DNA of 63,692 nt, filler included, from Rhabdomonas costata (GCA_019059605.1; 28 parts of 28 records of this genome joined end to end with filler, not necessarily neighbours in it); one strand, 5' to 3'. Counted from the whole stretch's first letter, positions 38,963 through 51,376 are shown. The notes: generated from the sequence alone by a model not told the origin. Translations and numbers: made by a program.

Positions 38963-40287
38963 CTGGTAAAGCCCCACGGAGTTGTACAGCAGGCTGAAGT
39001 TCACGAAGGCCACGGAGCCCACCTGGGTGGCAGCCAGCTTCATCAGATCCCCGAAGGGAACTGTCTTCCCATCGAACACCCCGGCACGCTCGGCCACCAC
39101 ACACAGCACCGCAGTCACCACGAAGTGCACACACACCAGGGTGTTGCCTGGACATCAGTGACGTGCATGCGTGCATGCGTACGCATGTGTGAGTAAGTGT
39201 GCATGTGGGTGTGTGGGTGTGCGCGCCACCGGCGCTTCGCATTGTTGAGCAACGACATCCGCGAGAACAGTGAGCTTGTTTGTTAACTTGTGTGTGTGTG
39301 TGTGTGGGCGCATTGCGCGCTGGCTGTTGCCTGGTTGACTGGTTCCTTGGTTGTTGGTGACCATTGGGCGCTGCGTGTGTGTGGTGGGCGCATTGCGCCA
39401 AAGCGCGCTATCGGCCACGGGTGCTCGCGAGAGGTGCCGTCGGAGCGAACGGTGTCGTGGGGAACCCAAACCGGCTCACCCCCAACGTTCCACATCTAGT
39501 AACCTCACTTCTGCCCCACGGGTCCCGGGCCTTGCTCGCGCAGCTCAGGTCTCGCTCTTGCTCTTTTCCAGCTCAGGTCTCTGCGACTCCACACTCCTTC
39601 CTTGGGGGGCTGGGGCCTTTTCTCGTGGGAACGCCCCTCGTGGGAACCCTTGGAGCTTTTCTTTCGGATGGGTGAACGGGCAGCACCGGTATCTACACGT
39701 TGCCGTGCCAGCACATCGCTCTATAGTTGCGTTGCGGGCCATGCGGCCTATTCCTGCTATTTTCCGCTGAACCTCCTGTACCTCGGGGGTCTCTTTCCTG
39801 CCGTCGGCCTCTCCTGCTTGGAGCTTTAGATCACTAAAAATCTCCTGCCGCGTATCCAGCCATGAGGCGATCCTTACTCGCAAGATTCGCAGGGTCTCCA
39901 TACAGTCATTTCCAGTAGCGCGTGGTAAAGACAGTGCCCTTCCAATCTTCTCTTTTCTACTGCCAGTGGCTGTGTGTGTGTGTGTCTGTGTCTGTATGTG
40001 TGTATACATTTGGATGAGTGTTAAGATATGCTGCCTCCTGCGCTGGAACCGCTCTCCCACCTCTATCAACACGTCGCCAACCTGCAGAACCACACAAACA
40101 GGACTCGCTAATAAAACAAACCGAAGCGGAAGTTGATGGGCTCGGAGTACAGCTTTTTGTTCATGATGACGATGCTGACCACGCAGAACACGTTCAGCGC
40201 CATGTAACTGAAGTTCCGCATGGACTCAGCCCAGTGGCGGCCGATCTCCCGCTTCTCCGCCGCCCCGACGGAATCCTCCGAAGCCAT
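38963..40287 (-). CDS. Nucleotide-sugar / triose-phosphate transporter family (SLC35E3 / plant UXT-like), 5' exons
   Basis: Exons 40287-40122 (YMALNVFCVVSIVIMNKKL...FRF) and 39147-38963 (GNTLVCVHFVVT...VNFSLLYNSVGLYQ). The start codon could lie further upstream. Confidence 0.85.
39300..39789 (-). mobile_element. Dispersed repeat family, copy B (intronic)
   Basis: Reverse-complement similarity to 8315-8759 along its whole length. Encodes VDTGAARSPIRKK and ends in (CA)n on the minus strand. Confidence 0.75.
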
Positions 40288-41087
40288 TGTGGAGGACGAG
40301 CTGCTGCTGCCGGACGACCCCGTCTTCAAGAGAACCACGCCGCCGCTCACCACTCCGTGACTTGTGGTGGCACTCCCGGAAAGTCCCGAGCTTCGGGCAG
40401 CAAGAAGCCCTCGCGAGGCCAGAGCGACGGGGGAGAGAGGAAGAGAGAGAGGAAAAGTGCAGTTGGGGGAGAGATAAAAAGAAGACAACAGATCGCTCGA
40501 GAGGAGAGGGACTCACCAAACGGCAGGAGAGGCAACAGATCACTCCAAGCCGCTGCAAAGAGGAAAGCAAACGCGGGGGCGACGAGGGTGTGAGCGCCCA
40601 AAAAATTCGAGCCCACATAATTGCTAATGCAGCAGCGAAAAACCTCGGGAGTCAGCGGTGGCTGCCGAGAACCAATCCTCGGCTGTTCCCTCCTCCAACA
40701 ATTTGCAGCTTGTAATTTCCGAACTGCCTCCCCCTGCTTGCTGGAACTTGGATCATCAGTCAAATCAAAGTGAACTGGCCACCATTTCAAAAAATCAACT
40801 GCGAAAACTATTGAGGTTAACATCAGAAGCTTTCTCCCAAGCTCATGAGAATTGCCCAATGGCCCAATGCCGAAAGAGATCAGGGTCCTTAACATTACAT
40901 TTCAAAAGGCTGGATAGGTCCACCAAAACCNNNNNNNNNNNNNNNNNNNNNNNNNNNNNNNNNNNNNNNNNNNNTTAATTAATTAANNNNNNNNNNNNNN
41001 NNNNNNNNNNNNNNNNNNNNNNNNNNNNNNCACCAACAAAAACCCGCAGCAGGCAGCGCTTTACGCGCCCAACACTAATGTGCATAG

Positions 41088-41301
41088 GTGGTCAAGGCCG
41101 TAGTGCGTGCCCTGCCAGGGGTTCAGGCCCAGGGGGTCCTGGCGTTGCGCGCAGATCCGGGTTCAGCTATGCTCCCAGGGCGGGCTGTGGTGTGGCGCTC
41201 CTCCAGCGCCCCTGCATTCCTTAGTCCCCAGGAGGTCATCGAGAACGGCGGCTCATGCACCGGTACGGCGATCGTCATGGTGGCTGCGCTGCGCTCCGTA
41301 G
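41088..41301 (+). CDS. Transglutaminase-like domain exon
   Basis: AG/GT-bounded. FLSPQEVIENGGSCTGTAIVMVAALRSVG fits the catalytic-Cys helix of transglutaminase-like proteins (SCTG..I..V.A.R.VG[IPAR]). Confidence 0.65.
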
Positions 41302-42640
41302 GTTTGTGAATGGCAAATTGAACATTCTCTCTGCATGACAACGTAACTGAAACACAAATCAAAACGTCTCGCAACATAAGTTATGACATTCACCAGACTC
41401 CTCAATCCAAAACCAAAGAAAACGAAGAACACGAACGCAGGTCACCCAACCCCATTTCACTAACATAAGGCCATTTTTTTACAAGAAGGAATTGAGAAGA
41501 AATAGATCGGTAAACCAGTGCGAACGAAGTAACAACACAAGGAGCACTATGTACAGTTATAAATTGAAACTTGTATTCGAAAAGAAAAACCGACCGACAA
41601 TAACCAGGGTGGAAGGCAGGGATGGAAGAAGAAGGGGCGAAAATCAGGGGGAAACCAGGGATAGCTGAACAAGAATCTAGGTGCAAAGGTAGGACGGAGA
41701 GGTGGGCGGAGTGATGACTAAAATCGGATGACGGAAAAAGTAGAAAGAAGGATGGAAGAACGACGGCCTGAATGAGCCGAAGGCGCACGGGCAGAACCGG
41801 CATGGTGAAAGGACAAATACTGTTCCATACACCACAGAAACAAAGAAGCAGGAGAGGACCCAAATTTACACAGGCGGGAGGGTTAGGAGCGGCCGGCCTC
41901 CCCGAGGCCGCGCGCACCAACATGGACGCTGTACCCTTAGCCACAGTTGCCGAGAGGTGCAGACAGCCGAGGCGACCTCCCCAATGTGAAGGCCGAGCCT
42001 CATGCTCTGGCGTCGGATCAGCATCCCCACGCCCCCGTAGTTTCCGCCGCACACGGGGTGAAGGACCACCCTGCAGCCTTTTTTGTTGTCGCGGCGTGTC
42101 CTTGTGTGTGTCCTTGTGTGTGTGTGTGCATGAGCCGCCACAATGTATGTCCTGAGTTCTATGTGCGGCTCGCTCGGGATCAGCGCACCCTCTCCTTTTT
42201 TGCGCGAGCCCGGGTGTGGTGGTGTTCCAGGTCTGACACATATCTGGAACACCACCGCCGGCATGAAATCCGTGCGGAGCCGAACGCACGCCGCATTCGC
42301 GCGGCTCTTCCCGTGCCTCGAGTTTCCCAACGCGCACAATGCATCGTGCATGAGATCAACCACACCGCAAAAATGCCTGCTCGCCAAAGGCGAAGTCCTT
42401 GCCAAGGGACACACGCGGCCCAACCCAACAAAACAGAAAGCAGCGAGCAGGATGCTGAGGTAACCAAGGTTTTTTCCTGAGACCCGCCATTGTGCCTTGC
42501 TCGCCACACCCCAGACATCAGTCTCGTGTGTGCGCGTGCGTGTAAAGTGTGCCGTGCTGATGCTTTGAAGTTGCCAATAGCGGGGACGGAGCCGTGAGTA
42601 GGACTATAGTTGCCTCCGCACACTAGTGCGTGCCTTGTCA

Positions 42641-42745
42641 GTGCCGGTACCTACAGGCGTTGCCGTGCCAGCACATCACTCTAAAGTTGCGTTGCAGGCT
42701 ATTCCTGCGTTCCTGCGTTCCTCTTCCGCTGAACCTCCTGTACCT
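42641..42745 (-). mobile_element. Dispersed repeat family, copy C (5' fragment)
   Basis: AGGTACAGGAGGTTCAGCGGAA...GCAACGCAACTTTAGAGTGATGTGCTGGCACGGCAACG matches the 5' part of copies A and B. Confidence 0.7.
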
Positions 42746-42780
42746 TTTTGCCCTGGTGCGTCTGCGAGTACCGCACACAC

Positions 42781-42902
42781 CCTCCGTCAATTCGGTTCAG
42801 GTGGACCGAGAGGAGCCGCACAGTGGAATCCGTGGAGCCCGTCGCCAAGACCGAGTTGCTGCCCGGGCACCACGCAACACATGTGACACTGGACTGATGG
42901 GC
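42781..42902 (-). CDS. WD40-repeat exon
   Basis: cag|AHQSSVTCVAWCPGSNSVLATGSTDSTVRLL...|gt. Confidence 0.8.
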
Positions 42903-43557
42903 CTGCAGAAAGAGGAAAAGGTGGAAGTCACGATTATTTTGCCTGATATTAGCAAACTTCAAAATTCACCCGGAGTGGAGATGAGCAGACAGACCCATCA
43001 TGGTGTGGAGCTCACCGAGGAGGGGAGCAAAGCTGTGAACTCTCACCTCCGCACTAGATCCGCAGTGCTTACTCAACGCAGTGAAGTGGTGTTTTTTCGG
43101 CTTTACTCTTCCATAGAAGGCCTTTTTGGCTTTTGGAAAATTCCGACAAAACAGTTCCACTAAGTCCGCTTTCTTTCGTCACACTTTCCCTCAATGATAA
43201 CTTGACCNNNNNNNNNNNNNNNNNNNNNNNNNNNNNNNNNNNNNNNNNNNNTTAATTAATTAANNNNNNNNNNNNNNNNNNNNNNNNNNNNNNNNNNNNN
43301 NNNNNNNGGTTTGTGTTTGTCATTTGATTCATACGGCAATGCCCACAAAAGCATCTTCCGCGTTCATCTTTTTTATATGAGAGAGGTTCCTACGTGTGCT
43401 GTGGTCAAAGTCCCCGTTCCTTGGAGAGATCTGTCATCCTTCGGTCTGCCTGGTGGGTAAGTTCCCCAGCAGCGTCTGAATGAATTTAATGCCGTGTTCG
43501 GTGTATCTACGTTTCCCTCTGTCCACCGAAAAAATCCTCACCGTCGTTGCGGATCAG

Positions 43558-44976
43558 GTGCAATTCAGTTATGAGGACACACTGCTGGGGATCCTGGGCC
43601 CAAAGTTTCCCCGGAGCAATCTGCTTCTCGTCCGCCCCGCGGAGATTACCCCCAGCGGGCACTCCCTGTACCGCCACCTCACCACGCGATACGACTCCTT
43701 CGGCAACCTCAGACTTCCAGGGCACGTGTGCTGGCAGGAGGAGGGGGGGTTGTATTTCCGGCTGAGTTGGCGATGTACTTAGGAAAGAAGACGCTGCCTA
43801 AGAAACTTCTCTGGGTGCAAGCCATGGAGGGAAAGTGAGGAAATGGGGAGTGCCCGCACCCCCTTGAAAAATTTGAAGGGTGGGGGTTGTAATGAAGAGA
43901 TCATTTCAAGATAAGATGATGGCCACGGATTGCGAGCACAGCGCTGCAAGGATGCCGCAACCTGCAGTATGGTCTGCTTACCTTACCAAAAGGTATAAAT
44001 CGTTTTCGTCGAGAGCATTGCAGTTGCATGGACCAGTTTCAAAAGAAACGTGGCAGGCCAAGCGGGTAAGATTTGGGCAAAAACGTCCTCCCAAAGCCAC
44101 TTCGTTGGCGAAAAACAGCTCGCATCGCGAGATGGGGGTGGAATATGCAGGGGGTGGCGTTCAGGACGCGACGGGCTGGGCAGACCATTACAGAGGGGGC
44201 CGTGACCCGGGCGCAGGTCCAGGGGCTGTTGCAGGGCGCTCGGGAGCGGCTTGGGCTGCGGCCCCTCCCTTTGACTCTACTGGGGTTCAGCAAGGGGTGC
44301 ATGGTGCTGAACCATCTTATTCTGGAGGAGGAGCATCAGTCCCCTTCTGTCTCCTCTGCAACGGTGTCGACGTAAGTCCCCTCCCCTTTCCTTTCTTTTC
44401 TCGCCTCGTGAACTTTCCCGCGGTTGCTTTTGGCACTTTTCGGTAACACCTCCCCAAATGTTTGTGCAAGACCCGTTCCAGCCACATTCCCAGTTTGCTG
44501 ATATATAACCAAGGCTTGGAGTCGCTTGCACACCCTCAACTTTGCTTATTTTGCTTCACAAGTAAACGTACACTTTCGCCTTTCTCAGGAGTGAACAGGG
44601 ACTCGTGGCCGCAGGCGCTTTATTTAGCATACCTATGATCCGCCGTCTGATTTGGGTGGACTCGGGCAACTCTAACATGCCTCACTCCTACCCCGGGGCC
44701 TCCTTCGCGGGGGTGGTCACTCGGTTTCTGGGAAATCTCACATCCACCCCTTCCGCTCGGAAAATTGAAGTGCACACCACGCCGTACATGATGAAGGATC
44801 GCCCTTACGTCGCCACAGAAGTGGCGGAGTTTGTGGCTACAGTGAGGGGGTTTATGTCTTCCAACCGCTCTGGGGAAACAAGCTCCGGCTTTGGCCTGGA
44901 AGTTGTTCACCATGACCACTTTGCTGAGCGCGAGGGTTGCATTGGTGACCACTTTGAGGCACTTCGGCTTGTTTAG
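43558..44976 (+). CDS. C2orf69: C2orf69 / UPF0565 family protein, 3' exons
   Basis: Exons about 43558-43725, about 44151/44184-44371 (LTLLGFSKGCMVLNHLILE) and 44589-44976 (LIWVDSG...IEVHTTPY...DRP...E...F...HFEAL*). These motifs are characteristic of the family. Confidence 0.85.
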
Positions 44977-45598
44977 TGAACCGTAGAAAGGAAGCTTGCT
45001 GGAAGGAGGCTGCGAGGCTGACCACCTGCTGCGTGCAAGCTGGTCGTTTGTTTCACACGCAGCTTCGTTCTTAGTAGAGTTTTGGGGCTCTTTCGGGTTA
45101 TATGGGAGAGGGGAGGTGTTATGGTGCTTCTATAGCCTGTTGGTTGGAATCGTGTAAACTCGTTAGCCTAAATACCCAACTATTCTGTTGATGTGTGGTT
45201 GACAGCAGGAGCGTCTGCGAGAACAGCTTGTTTCTGTCTTGCGTTCCGTCGTATCGACTTCCTTCTGCATTTCGAGTCCCCCTTGGGAACCGTCTTTTAC
45301 GATCCGTGTCGTATGGCATTCGGACGGTTCTTTACCGTGCCTGCGGCGCTTTGTTCTTTAGTGCCTGATTTTTTCCTAACATGGTCGGGTTGCTTTCCAG
45401 TGTCGCGCACGCCGAAACGAAAGGGTACCTGAACCAGGGCTTGCGCAATGGACTTCGCCCAAAGTTTCGCTTAAACAAAACACNNNNNNNNNNNNNNNNN
45501 NNNNNNNNNNNNNNNNNNNNNNNNNNNTTAATTAATTAANNNNNNNNNNNNNNNNNNNNNNNNNNNNNNNNNNNNNNNNNNNNGTTGGGGGGTTGCAG

Positions 45599-46184
45599 AC
45601 AAGGGCGGAGCGGGGCCCACGCTCACCTGTGAGACGTACACCTGCCCTCCGGGTGTCGCTGCAATGGGCCGGGGAACAGCCTGCTCCTCTCACTTTTGCA
45701 CCCTCGAGGACTGCTGCACTTGTATGCGCATCCACACCCCACCCCAGCACAGAAAGGATGTCCTCGCTTAACTTTGTGTTCAGCCGCTGCTTCGCGTAAC
45801 TTGTTGTTGATTGTTGGTTGGGGTGGACCTGCAGTGCGGTAGTTGAATTCCTGGTGCACTGAAATTCAGCGGTGGTGGATGGGTGCATACTGTTTTCAAA
45901 TTTCCGGGCTTGAAAATGTTCACAGGACGTTCCCTGTTTCGTTGTCCTTCAATTAGAAGTTCACCTCTTCACCTGTGTACGCACTACACCTGTTCGGCAG
46001 TGGTCTCCTTTTCTAATGTGTGTCACGTGTTCCTGTTTGCGTGGAGAGGAAGTGGGGGGAGGGGTTGACTCAGTGCCCACCTGCTCCACCTTCGCTTGCC
46101 CAAGTGGGATGACTCCGCTGCCAGCGGGTACCGCCATGCGCTGCAGCTGGCTCGGTTGCACGAACGAACTGTGCTGTATCCAAG
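45599..46184 (+). CDS. Cysteine-rich repeat extracellular protein, two module exons
   Basis: Exon 45599-45721 encodes TCETYTCPPG...ACSSHFCTLEDCC. Exon 46074-46184 encodes TCSTFACPSG...RCSWLGCTNELCC. Both have the same 6-Cys spacing. Confidence 0.7.
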
Positions 46185-46559
46185 GCGTGCGTCCACCCAA
46201 TCAATTCATTTATTGTCGAATTGCATTGTAATGCAAGCGTGTGTTAAAAAGGGCATCTTTGGGTGCTGGCGGAAGAGCCGCTGAAACTTGATTCCCCCAA
46301 CCTCAACCCAACCTCAGTTAATTTTTTATGAGCTGTTTGCTCTTTCGTCTCATCCGAAACAAAGAGCAAGAGGGGACGTCTTCAGTAGGAATAAGACCTG
46401 CACGTGACAACATTGTAGCAAAGCGTCATGTGCGGCCGGTTTCTGTCCCCGGTCCACACACAAGAATGGTACAAGACACAGGTCACCCCCTTTCTCGCCC
46501 AACGGACTTACATGCTCCTACTACTACTACTCACAGTCACCGACTCTAGGCGGTAGCAC

Positions 46560-47700
46560 CTGCTCAGTTTACAAGCCTTTGCTGAAGGCCGGTCGCAGAA
46601 CCGCTCGCAGCTCCTTCGGCAGGCATCCCATCGCGCTCCTGGGCGAATCAGCTCGCACCCCAAGGCGCGGTACCAACGGTGCGTCGGGTTGCCCCGCTGC
46701 CGCAGAAATCCCAAAGCTTGGCGGATGGAGGCCGGAAGGTCTCCAACACCAGGGTCTGAGTACCGCTGCAACTTCGACGCCAACGCATCCAGCAGTCCGC
46801 ACGGTAGAGCAGGCGCACGTGGATCCCGCCACTCCAGCCAGGTTTTCACCTCGCGATCGGAATCCGTCCGATATGCCAAGGTGGCCTTCACCGCAGCGCA
46901 AAACACCGCGCAACCCTGCCTGCATGTTCAAGACAACAGGCATCAGCTCACTCAGTTCACCACAGCTCACTCAGTTCAGCCGCAGACCTCTGTCAGCGAC
47001 AGTCCTTTCACACGGCACCACCACGAAGAAGTCATCCCAATAGCGGGTTGTTGGGAGCCAAGGGACCGGCCACGCACACAGGTATTTCCGCTGTAGCGCA
47101 GCTAGTTCCTCGTAAGCAGCGGAGAGATGCCCCCCAATCGGCAGGCCCCTCCGCTGTTGCAGCACCTTTGCTCCTACCTCAGCCTGCGCCTCAAATTGTC
47201 ATAGTGCGTTAGGTCCCACCCGCTGGCCGCGAGCAACTGCACAGCCGTGATCTCCCAGTTGTGGATCGAGGATGGGCCCCCGCGATGGTTGCCCGCCTTT
47301 CCATCCTTGGAGATCGCGAAAAAAGATTGTCTGCTTTTGCAGCGCTGATTGGTGTGAAGCCAGTACTTCACTGCATCCAGCACCGTTTCCCGAGGAGTGT
47401 TCAGGAAACAGTTCGTACTCCTCACAGCCCCACCTCGTCGCAATGGCGTGAGTTCTCTAAGAAGACCGCATTATGGATTGAGTTCCACAGCTCACGGCAC
47501 GGCACCGTAATCCACCCCGGATTGCGGTCCACTCGCACCAACACCATACCAGCTGATCAGACCTGGCAGCTAGCAGTTGCTGTTGTCTCAGCACCAATGC
47601 GCGGGAGTCCATCAAAGGCCTAAGTGTTCGAGTGGTCGGCTCCAAGCCGCTGCAGCTTTCTTTGCCCGCTCCTCAGCTCCTCAGCTCCTCAGGAAAGCCT
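46560..47700 (-). mobile_element. Decayed Penelope-like/TERT-like reverse transcriptase, copy 1
   Basis: Broken frames contain CFLNTPRE (motif A region), LQQRRGLPIGGHLSA (motif B') and RYWDDFF (motif C, YxDD) in the correct order. Confidence 0.8.
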
Positions 47701-48089
47701 GTGCGCCACAGGAACCGCACCACCTCTCCTTGAACTCAGTTCATGGTAACCAAACCCCACNNNNNNNNNNNNNNNNNNNNNNNNNNNNNNNNNNNNNNNN
47801 NNNNTTAATTAATTAANNNNNNNNNNNNNNNNNNNNNNNNNNNNNNNNNNNNNNNNNNNNTTTTTGGTTTACAGATATTGATGTCTCGACCTTCTCATCT
47901 CTCCTCATGGTCGTTCACTTTTCCCCCCACTTTTTGGCCGTGTATCGGCACACTGCGCTTGCTTGCTTTGGTTGTATGCTCCTTCGCGCCAACGCGGTTT
48001 CATTCTGTTTTACCTATGTGGTGTGTGTGTGTGTGTTTCGGCGCGCACACGAAGCGAAGGAGCGGGCGGGGGGGGGAGGCGCTTGCATC

Positions 48090-49338
48090 ATGGCTCTTGT
48101 CGTATCGAACTACCTCAGGGTAGCTTCAATGGCAGTAAACCTAAAGCGAAGTTATATGTGCAGCACATCAAATTATCGATTTCAAGTCCTCAAGTCTGTT
48201 GGGAAGGGGGTTGGGAGATTTCAGTCAGCTACTTTTGTTCGGCTTGCTCAGGCGAACGAGTATCTTGCCAACTGGGTGAAGAACTACCCGCGGTTCAGCT
48301 CTCGCCCCGTGAGCGCTGGGGTGCTGAGCTACGCCTGGGAACCAGTGCCTGACTTCGACCCTATGCGGAGCGGGTTTGCAGTGGGAGGGAGGGAGCGCTT
48401 ATTTTTGTTTCTGGGACACGGGAAGGTGCAAGCCCAGGAGGCAAAATAGTGCTATAGTTAGCTCGATGCGCAAGGAAACACCCATGCTCGAATGTCATGT
48501 TATCAGAGTTGGGGGTATTTTTTCTTCTGGAATGCCCACGGCGGACCATGCGAAACGCCTCCCGGTTCTTTTGGAATCGCTGTTGCTGTAGACGAATCTG
48601 AAGGGACTGCTGCATGCTTTTTGCCAGGGCCTCGGTGTTTTGGAGAGGAATGTGGACACCGGGATTTCACCCACTTTTGGAAGCATGGGTGTTGTGACGC
48701 GAACGCGGGTTTTGGGGAGAAAACAGTTCTCCTGGATCTAATCACCCATCTGGATAGTTACGTTCACAAAATAGGGTTCACAAGAAACTTTTGGAAATGC
48801 TTTCTTCACCCCAAGGGCCATGTGCAGACACTCTGAATGCTCGAAAAACCAGGGTTAAAGCGCATCAAAGGGTAAAATGAGGCATTTCGACTGGGTTTTA
48901 TGCCTTGGATTTCCTTCCCCTGTAAAGCCACCGCTGTTGGAAACCTCGACCAGCGATGATTACTGATATCAATTCCTGGGTGGGTGAAATGAACGTGTCC
49001 AGAGCGATCACTGACGACTTCCCCGGTTTGCTCTCACTCTCCTTGGTGTTCGCGGTTCGCACCACAAAATGAACAGATCGACGGAAGTGCTGTGGACCTC
49101 AACCGTTACTCTTGTCTTCAGTAGGAATTCTGGGGAAATCACGTTGGGTTTCCGTGCTCGGGCTCGCGTGGGCCGTGCTTGCAGGAGGGGGGGCTTGCAA
49201 CGGTCGTTTGTATCATTGGATGACGGGTGGAGGGACTGCTGCAGATGCCTCTCTGAGCATCGCCTGAGTGAGCCCACCGAAGAAGCTCTGGTGAAGTACA
49301 TCGACGAGTCGGTCAACGAGCTCATGCGCAAAGATGGG
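48090..49338 (+). CDS. Hypothetical protein, 5' exons
   Basis: Exons 48090-48119, 48252-48373 and 49245-49338 join in phase: MALVVSNYLR|ANEYLANWVKNYPRF...DPMRSG|CLSEHRLSEPTEEALVKYIDESVNELMRKDG. Family not recognised. Confidence 0.55.
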
Positions 49339-50136
49339 GTTTGTATTGTGGCTGATGGTTGGATGGATAATGTATTCATTTTTGGTTTTACATTGTATTC
49401 GGCAGAACTAAATATAAAAAGGATCTTCTCCATGGTAAAAATGGCAAATGATTCCGAAACTTTCTGGTTACTCCTTGCCCGGGGGCTCTTTTTTCCTAAG
49501 ACATAGTCCTCCCCCTGAAATTCCGTCTTGCACCATGTCCTTGCTCACTTGTGAAGTCTCCAGAGGCCCCCCAAAAAGATGCCATAAAATGCTCAAAATT
49601 AGCCATTAGTTTTAGGTAAGCGCTCTAAGTCGTCATTTCACAATGCTCTGCTCCGTCAAAAATTGGGGCGGCAAGGGTATCGTTCAAGCGTTAGCTTCGT
49701 GGACTTCCGATGGTTTTCACAGGACACACCTGACTTGGTTGTCCTTTCTTCCGTAAAGTCCCCTCAAAGTGCCCTTCCCCTCGTTTCTCCAGCCGCCCCT
49801 CCTGCCAGCCACCCGCCTACCTCTCACTCCTCACTCTCTCCCCATGTTCATCCAATACCCTACCATCATTGTTTTCCCACTCAACTGTACCCTTGCGCTT
49901 TCGCGCCTTTTTTGCTGCCGCATACAACCCTCTGCTATGGGCCTCAAGCTCTCAGATCGGAATTTACACGCGTGTACGTATTAACCCAAAGTAGTGTAGC
50001 GAACGTGCTTCATACTTCGATCTCTCTCTCTGGTTTNNNNNNNNNNNNNNNNNNNNNNNNNNNNNNNNNNNNNNNNNNNNTTAATTAATTAANNNNNNNN
50101 NNNNNNNNNNNNNNNNNNNNNNNNNNNNNNNNNNNN

Positions 50137-51342
50137 CAACTTCTGAAGATCATCCAAGTTGTTTGTGGGAACTGAACGAGACTTCAGCAGCTTGGCAGCT
50201 TTGGACAGGCTCCCCTCCGAAACCGCAGTAATGACCGCACGGTTGGTCGCCGGGTCAAGCAAATCACCAAGAGGTTGTGGAGGCGTCTTGGACTTCGGCT
50301 TCCGCGTCCCACCACCACATGCCTGAATCGCCTGGGGGCCAACTCCCGAAAAGCGCCCGCACTCCATCGTTGAAGCCGGTCAAGAATGACTCCATTTGCT
50401 TGACGGTTGTGCTTACGCCCTCCCCGGATAAGAGGGAAAAGCACCAGCCTCGGTAGGAGAGCGACAAACCACGCAGACTGGGCATCCCGCTTTTCATGCA
50501 GGCGTCGCAGCGCTTCGGCAAGCGCGTCGGCCAGGGGCTTCCGGCACGCTGGAGGTATGTGATGGATTGTGCCTGCCGGAAGGGCGAGGAGTATATCTGT
50601 TTGCGAAATTACATCCGGTGGAACGAGAAGCTGCTCTGAGAGGGGAGGGCTGTCCGGGTGCGGAGGGACACTGTTGTGCAGAACTCCAGCTTGGGGACGA
50701 CGGCAGTGGTCGCGAGGGCCACGCTTCTGGCACCCCCTGCACGACTTGTTGAGGGGCATGAACAGGCCGCAGCACAGCCATCGCGAGTAAGCAGACAAGA
50801 AGGACTCAGGGATCACCACATCACCGTCTGAACTGGAGAGGTGGATGGTCTCAATGTGGTTAAGCAAGGCCTGACTGCTCGCGTATGACGACTTGCATGC
50901 TCGGATCGGGCAGCAGTGTCGCAGCCCTGCGGTACCCTGTCGGGGGACACTCTGCTGGACAGTGACTGGCGCAGGCGCAGGTGGCGAGTCATTCAACACC
51001 CCAGCAGATTGATCAGCGTCACCGAAGAGCAGGGCTTGCTCAGCCATTGCAGCCGTTACCTGGCTGGAGCCATAGGGATCATGTGCGAAGGGGCTGGGAC
51101 GTGCACTCGAGGAAGACCCACTGTGCTCCCCGACAACCAAGCCAGAAAGACTCGGCTCATGGACACCTTGAAGCAGCTGCCCTGTCCCAGGATTCCACCC
51201 AGGGAGTGCCTTGCCGTCGGGTGGGCCTGCAAACGCGTTGCGCTCCATCGTGGTCAAAGAGGGAGCAAAGAAGGACGAGGGAGCCGAGAGGTGCGGTGGG
51301 GGCAACTTTGGCTTGCGTTGGCGGGGGGATGCCAACCCCCCC
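50137..51342 (-). mobile_element. CRE-clade (CRE/SLACS/CZAR/MoTeR-like) non-LTR retrotransposon, 5' part
   Basis: Intronless ORF (first ATG near 51248). It has a C2H2 finger CPIRAC...LLNHIETIH, a second Cys cluster, then TIHHIP..CR..LA..L...LLPRLVL...RGG...RLQRW..G. After a frameshift near 50320 it continues RAVITAVSEGSLSKAAKLL, the pre-RT region typical of CRE elements. The contig ends before the RT. Confidence 0.8.
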
Positions 51343-51376
51343 TAAAACAGCAAAAAGAATCAGCACCTCGACAAGT

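Noticed and set aside
41402..42337. 311-aa minus-strand ORF
   Set aside because: Crosses low-complexity and (CA)-type sequence, has no motif, and is open mainly because of base skew.
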